Shown here in pieces: positions 1 through 10,730 of a DNA stretch of 33,000 bases; the stretch's first letter is position 1; the number at the start of each line of letters is the position of its first letter. The position numbers and the translations under genes are program-made. The stretch covers positions 751,643-784,642 of the forward strand of contig JAKMXF010000055.1 in assembly GCA_024704765.1 (NCBI GenBank). The letters run 5' to 3'. The notes under the pieces were generated by a model. That model saw only the letters and a program-made list of their open reading frames with translations, was not told the origin of the DNA and made no database searches. The DNA comes from Oopsacas minuta. Taxonomy: Eukaryota > Animalia > Porifera.

Positions 1-839
1 CAAAGTACTGGAGGGAAGTGACCGAAGATTTCAAATACATCAATTACTCGGACTTCTGAATTCAGATTAATTGATTACTAAAGTGATCTGACACCCATGA
101 GCGACGCTGCCAAATGTGGCGGGGGATCCGCTCCTCTAAGCCAGTTGAGATATTTTTTGCTAAGATAATACATCTAATATGAATAAGCAACGCAGCCCTA
201 GGCGCGAGATCTGCTTAAAGTACATTTACGATCATCCAAATACTTTTATACTATTCTTAGCTGTTTGACAACTCTTAATGATGTAAAAATTACAGTGCAA
301 ACAATCTATTCAAATCAAAATGTAAGTAAACAATATTTTGTATTACAGTTGTATGATATAACAATATTAGGAATACATTCATTCTTCTACTGAACATTCA
401 TAATTAACAACGATAACTCTCTATCAATACTGAAATAAACTCAATAAATTTTAATTTCCGTATTAAGTATCGAATTAAACACAATATAAATACAACGTAA
501 GTGAACAAGAAACCAATTCAATCCGCCTCCGAGGGTAAATATGTGCTACACAGAACCTACACTAACATTTCGAGAATAATTGGCGAATCTTTGTCTGCTT
601 TGAAGCTTTTCTGCCACCTAACCTTCTCCTAGCCTTCTTCATGGGCAAAATGCAGCGTAGAAATAAATATTCCATGCGAGTAAAAGTAAAATCTCTAAAA
701 AGTGCACACCATTGGAACCAACAAAAGCTCAACTTTAGAGAGGGGTTCAGGATAAGCAATATATAGAAGAGTGAAATATTTTAACGTTACAGTGTGAATA
801 GCAATACGAAACAATAGTATGAAAAATATGAACTACATA

Positions 840-3480
840 TCAGGGCGTTCAATAAGGCTTGCAGGTCATGATATATCTTAGGAATTAGTCAAGTAATATC
901 CCAAACTTTCATGTATTATAAGCCCATATAGTTAAACTCCATATACTGAAAGTTTCAAGCTTATTCAATACAAATTATGAATTTTTGAGAAAGTTACGTA
1001 AAGTCAATTTATACCCACTGTTGAATTTATGGCTTGAAAGGATGATAATTTCATCCTCAAATGGCGAGCTTACATAGAGTTTCGCACAATACTCAAGATC
1101 CAGCCCGTACAGATCTTCAGCGAGTTACAGGAGATATTGTGCGTGGATTGCCCTTCCAGATCAGCAGTACAGCGATGGACTGGCCGTTTTAGATCTGATG
1201 ATGCTGATGTAACAGATTTTCCTCGATCTGGAAGACCGGTATCCGCCACCACTTCAGAGAATATCGCACCCATTGAAAGTATGATCATGGAAGACAAGTG
1301 CATTACTGTCAATCAGTCAGAACAGAGTATGGAGATTCCACCGGAAACTATTCATACAATTCTGACAATTGAGCTTGGCTACCGATCGATTTGTGGGAAA
1401 TGGGTCTCGCATAAGCTCAGTGAGAATCAAAGTTGGATCGACTGAATATTGCCAATAAACTCTTGGAAACTTATGAGAACTGCGATTCTAGACGCCTAAC
1501 AGAGATTATCACTGGTGACGAGATGGGTCTACTAATCAACACCATATCACAAGTATAAAAAGCGATCATGGATGAGAGGCGACGAACAAGCGGTGAAAAT
1601 TCCTAGACCCGACTTCAGAAAACCTAAGATTATGTATACCATCTTCTTCAGTAGTCATGGAATTGTCTTGCAATTACAGGGTGTCTAATAAGTTCTGTTA
1701 TATATCAATTCCCCAAAGATTTCAAATTTATCCATTGTAAAGCCATGAAACCTTCTATTTTCTTAGGACTTATGTTCCTAATTACACATTACAAATATCA
1801 TTCAATATAGCCTCTCTTTTTATGAATCACGGAAGTTAGTCTGCCCCGAAACTGATGGACAGCTTTTCGCAGCTCCTCCTGTGGGATTTTCTGCCATTCA
1901 CTCAATAAACTAACTTTGAGGGACTCCAAACTCTTGTGAGATTTCGCACAGGCCCTGCTCTCCAAGTTTGCTCAAACAGAATAGTCGAGTAGGTTTTAAT
2001 CTGGGCTTGATGGTGGCCATTCATCCTTACTTATGAAATCGATATTTTGCTCTCGGAACCAACCCTGGGATACTTTTGAAGCATGTGCAGGCGCAGAGTC
2101 TTGTTGGTAAGTCTAAGGATGGTTTTGAAAGAGCTTCTCACCAGCAGACGCAATATCAGGCTCCAAGACCAGCTCTCTGTACGTCTGGGAGTTTATTTTC
2201 ACTCCTTGGGGGACAAAAATCAGGTTGTCCGTGAGTCTGCCGACACACCCACCCATACCATCAGAGAAAGAGGCTTCTACACTCTATCAATGTACTTGAT
2301 GCTATCTGGGATATCCTGACTTCGAGAAGCAAGTATACGGTCGTTTTGACGATTGCTTGCCTCCTCAACCGTGAACAGCTTCTCATCTGAGAAGAAAATC
2401 TGATCTTCAGTCCCAGGAGCGAATCAGGCTTTCAGTTGTATGCATCTTTCGAGTCGCTTACGACGTATGGAGTCGTTAAGATGGTGTACGTTTTTCATCT
2501 TATAGGACTTCATTCCTAGGTCCTCTACAACCAATTTCCGCATCATTTTGTGATTGACACAGAATTCACAAGACATTTTGCGCATTGAACGCCGTGGATT
2601 TCTCAGGATTCGACATCTGACACTATTCTTCAGGGCTGGTGTGCGAGCGGATCTTGGACGACCAACTCGTTTCCTGTCAGACACACTCCCAGTCTCTATA
2701 TAGCGTTTTATTGTGCGATAGATCAGCATGGGATTAACTTTATCATTTTTAAGCCTTTTTAGAATTTCACTGTTCCTAAACCCAGATTCGTGAAAAGTGA
2801 CAATTTTTGGACGAATTTCTTCCAACATGATTTTCTGGTAAATCATCAACTTGAATGATATATACTTAGTATAATTCGAAAGAGCGCCAAAAATGGTACA
2901 AGAAAATCTGGAAGATTACTTTATAAGTATATTAAGAGCTACTGTCTAAGGCGCGAAAATGTATAACAGAACTTATTAGACACCCTGTACCTTGTGAGAG
3001 CGGCAAGGCTGTTACTGCTACTTTCTATACAGAGCAAGTGCTTCCAAATTTGATAAAAAATATAGAAAAGTACCGCCCTAAAACCGGAATTCGAGGAATG
3101 AAGATTTTAATTGATAACGCCAGTTCCCATACAGCTAAGCTACCAAAAATTTCGTGGACGTAGAAGGGTTAGAATTACTTCCCCATCCACCATACTCACC
3201 AAACCTAGCTCGTGTGATTTTTAGCTATTCCTCAAGCTTAAAATCTACCTTCAAGGCAAAGATTTTAACGCATTACAAGCACTCGGAAGTGGCATGTACC
3301 AGTACTTCAAATCCATCCCCGAAGAAGAGTACAGAAATGTGATTTCCAAGTGGGTGAAAGGTTAAAACTCTGTGCATCTGTAGAAGGGGATTACTTTGAA
3401 TGAATGATATAGTGAATTAGTGTGTATAGTGTTTGTATCATATTCTATGAGATCACCGGAAGACCTATTGAACACCCTAG
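840..3480 (+). mobile_element. Mariner (DD34D) transposon, decayed, interrupted by a nested maT element
   Basis: TA at 838-839 and 3481-3482. Imperfect TIRs: TCAGGGCGTTCAATAAGGCTT vs reverse complement of right end CTAGGGTGTTCAATAGGTCTT. Transposase motifs: HTH region (PSRSAVQRWTGRF..PRSGRP), WVSHKLS, IITGDE, DNASSH, LLPHPPYSPNLA, then CDF after a frameshift, giving D-34-D. Length is 1328 bp without the insert. Confidence 0.9.
1677..2987 (-). mobile_element. Tc1/mariner DD37D (maT/Bmmar1-like) transposon, full length, dead transposase
   Basis: Perfect 26-bp TIRs CAGGGTGTCTAATAAGTTCTGTTATA (1677-1702, 2962-2987), with TA on both sides. Minus-strand motifs: GRPRSART, FFSDEKLFTVEEASNRQNDR, YQQDSAPAH...WPPSSPD*NLLDY, with 37 residues between the last two Asp. 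Several stops and two frameshifts. Confidence 0.93.
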
Positions 3481-3515
3481 TATATACGGAAATTTGTGAT
3501 TTTGACACAAAATCA

Positions 3516-3605
3516 CACTGAAACCCAGAATCGGAGAATTTCCACAATCGGAGTGTCAGAAATTTCCCCAGTATCCCGCATGCTCCGATTCCAGAGGTTT
3601 CACTG
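3516..3605. mobile_element. ~90-bp MITE-like element with Tigger/pogo-like ends
   Basis: Left end CACTGAAACCCAGAATCGGAG vs reverse complement of right end CAGTGAAACCTCTGGAATCGGAG. TA follows the right end (3606-3607); the left flank is CA. Confidence 0.5.
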
Positions 3606-4289
3606 TAATTGGTAGAATTTCATACAAAAATGTTCGAGAAGTTTTCATCATTTTTCATTCCAAGGTTAAGCCTAGCATGATTAGTCTTCCGTCGTATATA
3701 CGCCAAGGTAGCCATGTATTTTGCTGGTTAGTGTACGTGTGGACAATCAAAGATTAGGTAACTATAAATATGAGTGTGGTGTGTTCAGGGCTATATTAGG
3801 AATTTTGGGGCTGCACTTATTTTGGCATGGACATTCTTGGGATGGCAATTATGCAGCAGCAAAATATTGATCATATAGAAGTGTAAGACTTAACGTCGAT
3901 AAATTGTATCCTATGGCTACTAAATGGCCCTTTTAGTGCAGACAGAAAACCCTTTGGTGTATTAATTAACTGTGTCAGCCGCATTCTTTCTTATTGCTAA
4001 ATGCGTAGGTCAGGCACGTAAGGGAGTATATTACAAAAATATTTGACACCAATTATGCAGCAATAATTCCTTTATGATATAAAAACACAAATATATATAA
4101 ATATACATATATATCTCGAAACTGAACCAGGTGCTAAAATTGTGAAGTAACAAGTAAAGTGAGTATTATTGCTGAAATTTGGGAAAATTTCATCCACCAA
4201 TGTATTCATGAATATGTATAGCAACTTGTATCAAAGCCTAAGGATATATCATCAAGCAAGAAATATAAATAGAATATATTGATTGCTAC

Positions 4290-4438
4290 TTAAGAATTTA
4301 GTAAGCGCCCGTATATGTATTTTCGATAAAAGTCTCAGACAAACATAAGCGAAAGAGTTTAAGAGGTTTTCAATGAAATGTTCGCGTCCGTTCCTCGCTA
4401 ATTTGAATGTGTGCTCTGCAAATTTGATATTGGTGATC
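4290..4438 (-). CDS. Candidate downstream huntingtin exon (tentative)
   Basis: Acceptor tttcttttatcacactgtAG (4440-4439). Its phase-2 start matches the phase-2 end of the 6615-6792 candidate. Open frame ITNIKFAEH...LLNSFAYVCLRL has only weak recalled resemblance to HTT (INIC.., LGSFYH..YLKL). Donor uncertain (exon ending 4345 or 4290). Confidence 0.25.
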
Positions 4439-4549
4439 CTACAGTGTGATAAAAGAAACACATTTGTGGCCGTCTTAACCATATATTTCATACAAATTCA
4501 AAATGCTAGAATTGTTATGTCAGATAAGATTCTTCTAACTCAATAAACG

Positions 4550-5748
4550 AATACATGGGACGTCAGTCAACGATCCTGGTGTGTAAAGTGGTACTTTGAA
4601 ATCAGGAGTGCTGTAAAAATCCAAGCCGAAAGCATCCCGATAAGAAAAGAATAGAGTCTTGGGTCAAGAGGTTTGAGGAATTTTGGACAGTACAGATCCT
4701 GAATAGGAAGTAGGAAGAACGAATAAACCATTCGGGAAGGAAGAGCTGAGAGATGAGGACTTGATTGACTGAATCAGAGCTGATGCCGAATACTCCAAAA
4801 TGGATGTGTCAAAAGAGGTGCTAATATCTGGAAATCAAGAGGATTACACTGCCTAATGTCCTCAAAGATGACCTCGGGACATATTCATATCGTATACAGA
4901 CAGAGCAGAAGTTCAAAGTTGGTGATATGAAACGAAGAAAGAAAACGTCAGTTGTTTTGATGGACAACATTGAGGATAGGAAGACGTTTCTGCCCTACTT
5001 CTGGACCTCAGATGAGGCTCACTTTCATCTTGAGGGCCAAGGAAACTCTAAAACAGCGTTTTTGGGGGTCAGAGTGCCATACAAAGGTTGCTCAAAATCT
5101 TCTCTAGCGTCAAAGACTGACTACATGGTGTGCATTATCTACACTAGGCATCACTTCGGGTTCATTATTCATTGGGAAGAATGGTGAAATAGTGACGATC
5201 ACTGGGAAGAGGTATGTTGAGATCTTCAAAAAGTTCCAATATGCGTCTCGCTGGCTACCTACCTAAAGTTTGGCTCCAGCAGGATAGTTCAACACTAAAC
5301 ATAACCCACAAACCAAAGAATTGCTAAATACAATATTCAAAATCTCACAGCTAAACACTTCCCCATCAAGTAGGATCCATATTTACCAGAACTCAGTACC
5401 CCAGATTTCTATCTGTGAATTACTTGAAGGATCGAGAACATCAGGAGAAGCCCAGGACACTATCTCAACTAAAAACAAGGATCAAGAAAAGGATAAGGCT
5501 AGAACACGGTCCGTTATCAAAGAAGTACAGAATAATCTATATTTAAGAATTAGAAAATGCAAAGAAAGAAATAGCGCTCACTTGGAACACCTGTAGTTCA
5601 AAGGCAAAATAAGATAGGAATAAATCGCTTATTGCCGTTCGTTTGCAATCGTTTAGGCTCTATAACTGTGTATTTACTACATTCTAGATTAAAAAATGAA
5701 ATAATGTAAGCGAAAAAACTATCGGTGGTGAAATATTTTAACAACCTG
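4550..5748 (+). mobile_element. Tc1/mariner element of rosa (DD41D)/DUF4817-HTH type, heavily decayed; left end not resolved
   Basis: Fragments across frames: QRSWCVKWYFE..IESWVKRFEEF, FWTSDEAHFHLEG, WLQQDSS, PELSTPDFYL*..LKDR, and C-terminal NSAHLEHL*. A TIR-like right end ...aaatattttaacaacctg ends at 5748. The D-D spacing could not be counted because of frameshifts. Confidence 0.75.
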
Positions 5749-6614
5749 TGTAATCGTTGAATAACCAAAATTTATGCATAAAACTATCGATCGATACTAT
5801 TAAGTACACTTCATGTTTAATCACAGAAAATTTCTAAGAGGTGATATGGATCAACCAATTTGGACTAGCTTATAACTATATGCTATGTCACTTTGTTCTT
5901 GTATGTCTGTTATAGTGAACAGGAGTTCTCAGTGAGTAGGAATGGGATAATCTAAATCTCAACTAGATATATTTAGTAAAATGTGCATTTAATAGACAAT
6001 GCAATATTATGTATTTAACCTAAACATAGGAAACTTGGATAAATAGGGTGATATAAATTAAAAGAATACAATTTGGAAATATAGTAAACATTCGCACAAT
6101 AATACCATTTTGAATCAGTAAGAAATTGTGCAAAACTTACAAGAAGATATTAGATCGCCAGGGGCGTCAGGTAATATCTTACTTAAATGTAGAAGATGGT
6201 CGATTTGTGCAAAGTTAGACTCAGCCTGCCAAACGGCGTCGGGAATAGTCAACTCGATGGACTTTGAAAATTACTGAAAATGGAAAGTGGCAGGCCTTCG
6301 TTGTTAGTGAAGGAAACCTCACCAATATATTGAAGTGATTACTCAAACGATATGAAACATTATACAAATTGTGAAAATCAACACAAAAACTCATTTAGAG
6401 CCAACAGAAGATGTTTGCAAAAATGGCACATAGGGACAACTGTTATGGTTGCTTCGGAAGTTGAGTTCAAAATCTTTGAGAGCTGTAATATATACTTTTA
6501 TAGAAACTTTGGTGTCTAAATCCTATTATAAGGAATTTGTTCCAAATTTACAGAGAATTATGAATATTCCCCAACAAAGTGATAACCAGCTGGCTACACA
6601 ACTGATTGCATTAC

Positions 6615-6792
6615 GCTATATTCAACATCAGTGAGTGAATTTTGTAAATCATAAATTTTAAGATGTTCGGGTTGAATAAACATTGTCTCCACGCCCACCA
6701 CTCCATAGAAAGATAATGGAAGTGAGAAGAACTCAACATTAATATTTTGTGATTAAGACTTTCCAACAACATATTAAGAATTGAATTCAAAA
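6615..6792 (-). CDS. Candidate huntingtin exon (tentative)
   Basis: 58 open codons (LNSILNMLLESLNHKILMLSSSHFHYL...WRQCLFNPNILKFMIYKIHSLMLNI) end exactly at a GC|GTAATG donor. There is recalled similarity to human HTT GMATMILTLLSS..LSAHQDAL and LVPMVEQLFSHLLKVI. An in-frame join needs the AAG acceptor (first exon base 6792) and the phase-1 donor of the previous exon (exon ending 6965). Confidence 0.35.
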
Positions 6793-6968
6793 CTTATATT
6801 CTGAGGGAATAGACAAAAAACAAAAAATAGGCGGGGAGAAGAGTTATACAAATATACCTCAGTTCAATAAAAATGAATTACATAACGAATATTGGTAGAC
6901 TAAAAATGCACTTCAATCATTGAAATACAAAAGAAATAGATACATGCATGATTACAATATAAACCAAC

Positions 6969-7316
6969 CAAATTTCGAAACAATAGATTCCATTGTAGAG
7001 GAAATTCTAGTGGTTTGTAATGTTTAGCAACTTGGGAAAGTACTTGAGTAGCTGTTATAAAATGAGTTTTAGATTCATGATTTACAATTCCATTAGACAA
7101 TATAGTAATAACTACCCCCAAAGAAGTTTGGAATAAATTTATTTGATTATAAGGCAGAAAGGTAAAGGAAGTATCATTTGAAGAAATAGGTGCGAAAGAG
7201 TCTTTTCTAGCATCTAACGAACTAAGAACAGAGAGTACAAGTTGTTGAATTGATTCTCTGACTTTTGGTTCCTTGTCATTCAATAAAAAAGGAATAACAT
7301 GGGAAAACAAAGTATC
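6969..7316 (-). CDS. HTT: Huntingtin, internal exon (N-HEAT region)
   Basis: Acceptor ttttctatccAG|GAT ACT TTG. DTLFSHVIPFLLNDKEPKVRESIQQLV matches recalled human [61 protein letters not shown] matches ENNLSRVIAAVSHEL..EALCLLSTAFPVCIWSLGW. Donor is TTG|GTTGGT (end 6969) or G|GTTTAT (end 6965). Confidence 0.88.
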
Positions 7317-9574
7317 CTGGATAGAAAATGGCTAGAAAGAACAAAACATAAATGCAAATAATGAACAACTAAAATACCATTAGAAGTTTCTCATTAAGGT
7401 GTGTAGATACTGACGGGATCTTGGCTAAAATTGTGTTCGGCATTAGCGATACTGATCCATAATTCAAAAAACGATAGCAACTAAGGTTTTAATCATCTAA
7501 TTGATGTATCTCCCAAATTACAGTTGAATATTTTGCATTACTAAAGATGAACATTTCAATAAGCAAAGTGAAAATTGACACATATTAATAGTAGAAAGGG
7601 AATGCAACTTTTTACAATGTGCTATAACCATATAATTGATGAGATAAATAGATAATGAAAAACGTCATTGAGGATTTTTCGGAATCTTGGGTATATAAAC
7701 GGAATAAATCACTTTTCGCGCACTTTTCAGGGTCTAAACTAAAATATTTTAAATGAATTATCAAAATTTACAGATCAAAACCATTGAGAGCTCACGTCAC
7801 AAACTCCACAACAAGTTTATGCATCAACTATCTTGTCGAAGGCGAAAAAATTCTTGTAATATCCATTAAGTTTATATGGTAGTAGATTAGAAACTCAAGA
7901 AATATGATTGAGTTCAAATATACACATGACACTTAATTATACAAATTTCAGTAAGCTTAGGTCCAAATCTTTCCTTCCTTCTAAGTTACAATCGCTAAAT
8001 ATATAACCATGAAACTAGTTAAACTCTAAGTTTGATGAAAAGCTGAATTCAACCAGATAATCGCATAAAAGATCTTAGATTCTAAAAATCAAGCTGATTT
8101 CGAACTAAATACACACTGATTCAGTAAGTGCAATCCGGATTACTTAAAACATCCGAAATATATCACAGATGATCTCATGGTGGATTGAACACACTTGGCA
8201 TCATTATGCTTTGTTATAAAAAGATTAATACTAGTCAAAGGTAAATTCTAAAGTCTATAAACATCAAAAGGTCTAAATTCCACTAAATATCGATTAAATC
8301 TCATAAATCTTCGTTTGCATAGTTTCATAAAACCTGATAATAACATGTCCAATCAAATACTAATAAACAATGATAAACATCAGGCTTATGCAGTTTAAGT
8401 AGGAATGGGATCAAAAAAGATCACTGATATAAGTGCTTACTGAGAACAAAGAACATATCATATCGAAACGTGATATACGAAGCAATTAGGATTACGCGCA
8501 CATCAGGATCAATCATACGTGACCGTATCCGAATTTTGAGCCTGAATCGGACTCTTTAGAGCCTTGGACGAAAATTCACACCTATGACGAAATAATGACG
8601 TCATTTGTAACCTATTTGGACCCATAATATGCTAAATATCCTGAGAAATCACTTTAAACAATCAAAATTCTTCATGAAAGTATTAAGCAATCATGACAGT
8701 ACAAAAATTTGATTATGTACAAATTAGAATATTAATAAAGGGCTAATAAATTTTAAAATATTCTTGAAACCGAAGCAACTGAATAGTTCGATATTTGGTA
8801 CGATCTAAAAATATTTGGCGATAGCATATGTACATATGTAGATATTAAGTTACTAAGTGAATTCATTATTCTGTTAGATCAACTGGATAGTACCTTAAAT
8901 CGAACAAGTATTCGGTAATACAGCAATTAATATATAGTTTCCTGAATCTTTTTGAATTCTTAACACTTCAAAAATCAAATCTTATGTAGAATGAGGTCTA
9001 AAATATGTTGATTTTGAACGATTTAAGTGCTGAAAAAAAATTACTTGCATTCCATTGTACAACTATTCTTTTTTATAGAATTGTATAAGCATATAAATTC
9101 GAATTAAATATCCAGTATTAAAAAATATAGAAATGATAAACATGAAATCAAGATCCAATATCAAAAAAATTAAGTTCCAATGTTTTGAAAATTATTGCCG
9201 GCCATGGCCTTCATTGTAACTTCGGAGGAAGGGAATAGAACTGAATTATGTTGCGGTCTCAGGGTAGGAGCAAATCTGTCAGAATTGAGGAACACGTAAT
9301 GCTCAAGGAAATGCAGAATGTAATCTAGTAAAGTTTGGCATATTTCCATTGAAACACATTATAAGAGCCTATCTCAGGATATTGGAAAGAATACCATTAA
9401 AATTTCATGATATAAATCCATGTCGGATATAATGAGTCAACCTGGATAATCTGATCATATAGTCAGAAACAAACAACACAAATAATGTCAACTGACTATG
9501 CTTAATCGGATAAAACCGTTTGGTCCAGATATGATACTATTGAGCGGAGTCAATTATGCACACATGATATAAAT

Positions 9575-10569
9575 CAGTGGTTCTCAAACTGGGTGCCGGG
9601 ATGGGGTTTCAAGGGGGCTGCGGAACGGTTATGGAAAGTGATTTACGAAAAACTTTTTTAGAGCGTTAAATCAACAATCATACTATGTTGAGAATAGGCA
9701 GAACATCAATTGATATTTTTTAAATAGATTGTACATTTGCTAATGGGAGAGCTACATTTATCCTACTGAAGTATGCATTTGTCCGAATTTTGAAGTATGC
9801 ATTGCCTGACAGAAGTAAGCATTGTTAGTCATATAATATTTTGTCGCTAATAATTGATAAGTAACATATACTCAAGGTATCTTCAGTATACCAGAAATAT
9901 ATGTCGATTCAGTATTTCATCTCACATTGCTCTCAGGATGAACTATTTCTCGTATAAGTGATTATTCCTGTTGAAAATTGAGAAATGGGATTTTTTCGTA
10001 TTTTTCCTGGGGGAATTGACTTCCCGTCCCAATGTTGTAAATATCGCCCTGATTAAGGAGATCTTCATCACCACAAATCACAGGATAGGATTTACTGTTA
10101 TTACGTTCTAGTATTCTTGTCGTGCAAGTTTTGGCTTTTATTCTCACTTAATACTGAGCCAAAGGCTTTTACCTGTTACTAGTTCGTTCCTGTTTCCTTC
10201 ATTCAGGCCTTACTTTAGTCGGACAAATACATACTCCAGTCGGCCTGATGTTTCTACAAAATTTGGACAATTGCTTGCGTCCCTTTCTAATATCGATTAT
10301 TAATTTAGTCATTAATTCCGTATCGTTGAAAAGAAATTTATGGCCAAACGACAGCAAAGACAATTGGATACTTACCTAACTAAGGGTAATAGACTCTATA
10401 CAGATTGTTAAGACAATTCGGGTTCGGATGAAGATGAGTTTATTCATAACACTCATATAATACAATAATAACAAATTATATTTACTCAAATTCGACCAAA
10501 ATGCAGGGATCCGTGGAATTGTGATGAAGAAATTTGAGGCCACGACATAGAAAAGTTTGAGAAGCTCGG
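9575..10569. mobile_element. Non-autonomous hAT (Charlie/Buster-like) element, old
   Basis: Left end CAGTGGTTCTCAAACT; degenerate right end AGTTTGAGAAGCTCGG. The 8-bp flanks ATATAAAT / GTCTAAAT differ at 2 positions and have the central TA typical of Buster-type targets. No recognisable transposase inside. Confidence 0.5.
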
Positions 10570-10730
10570 GTCTAAATACTATATATGCTGAATACTAAAT
10601 AGATGTGTTAGCTTCCTAAACAATTCTTCTCAGTATTCTTGTGATATACTCAAAGGAGAAGTTTCCATCAAATTAAGAAGCACTGAGTTAATCGGTTAAA
10701 ACTTGTTAAAGTCGGTTGGTAGATAAGTTA

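Noticed and set aside
562-759. Minus-strand 65-aa ORF with AG (~698) and GTTAGT (~566) splice-like sites
   Set aside because: The basic peptide has no convincing HTT or transposon motif, and its phase cannot be tied to upstream exons.
6434-6634. Plus-strand exon-like segment (tttatAG at 6503, GTGAGT at 6631) suggesting a nested antisense gene
   Set aside because: No partner exons or recognisable protein. It overlaps the candidate HTT exon on the other strand, so chance is the simpler explanation.
9180-9380. Possible LINE 3' tail on the minus strand (LRPQHNSVLFP...)
   Set aside because: The resemblance is too weak and no RT motifs are nearby.
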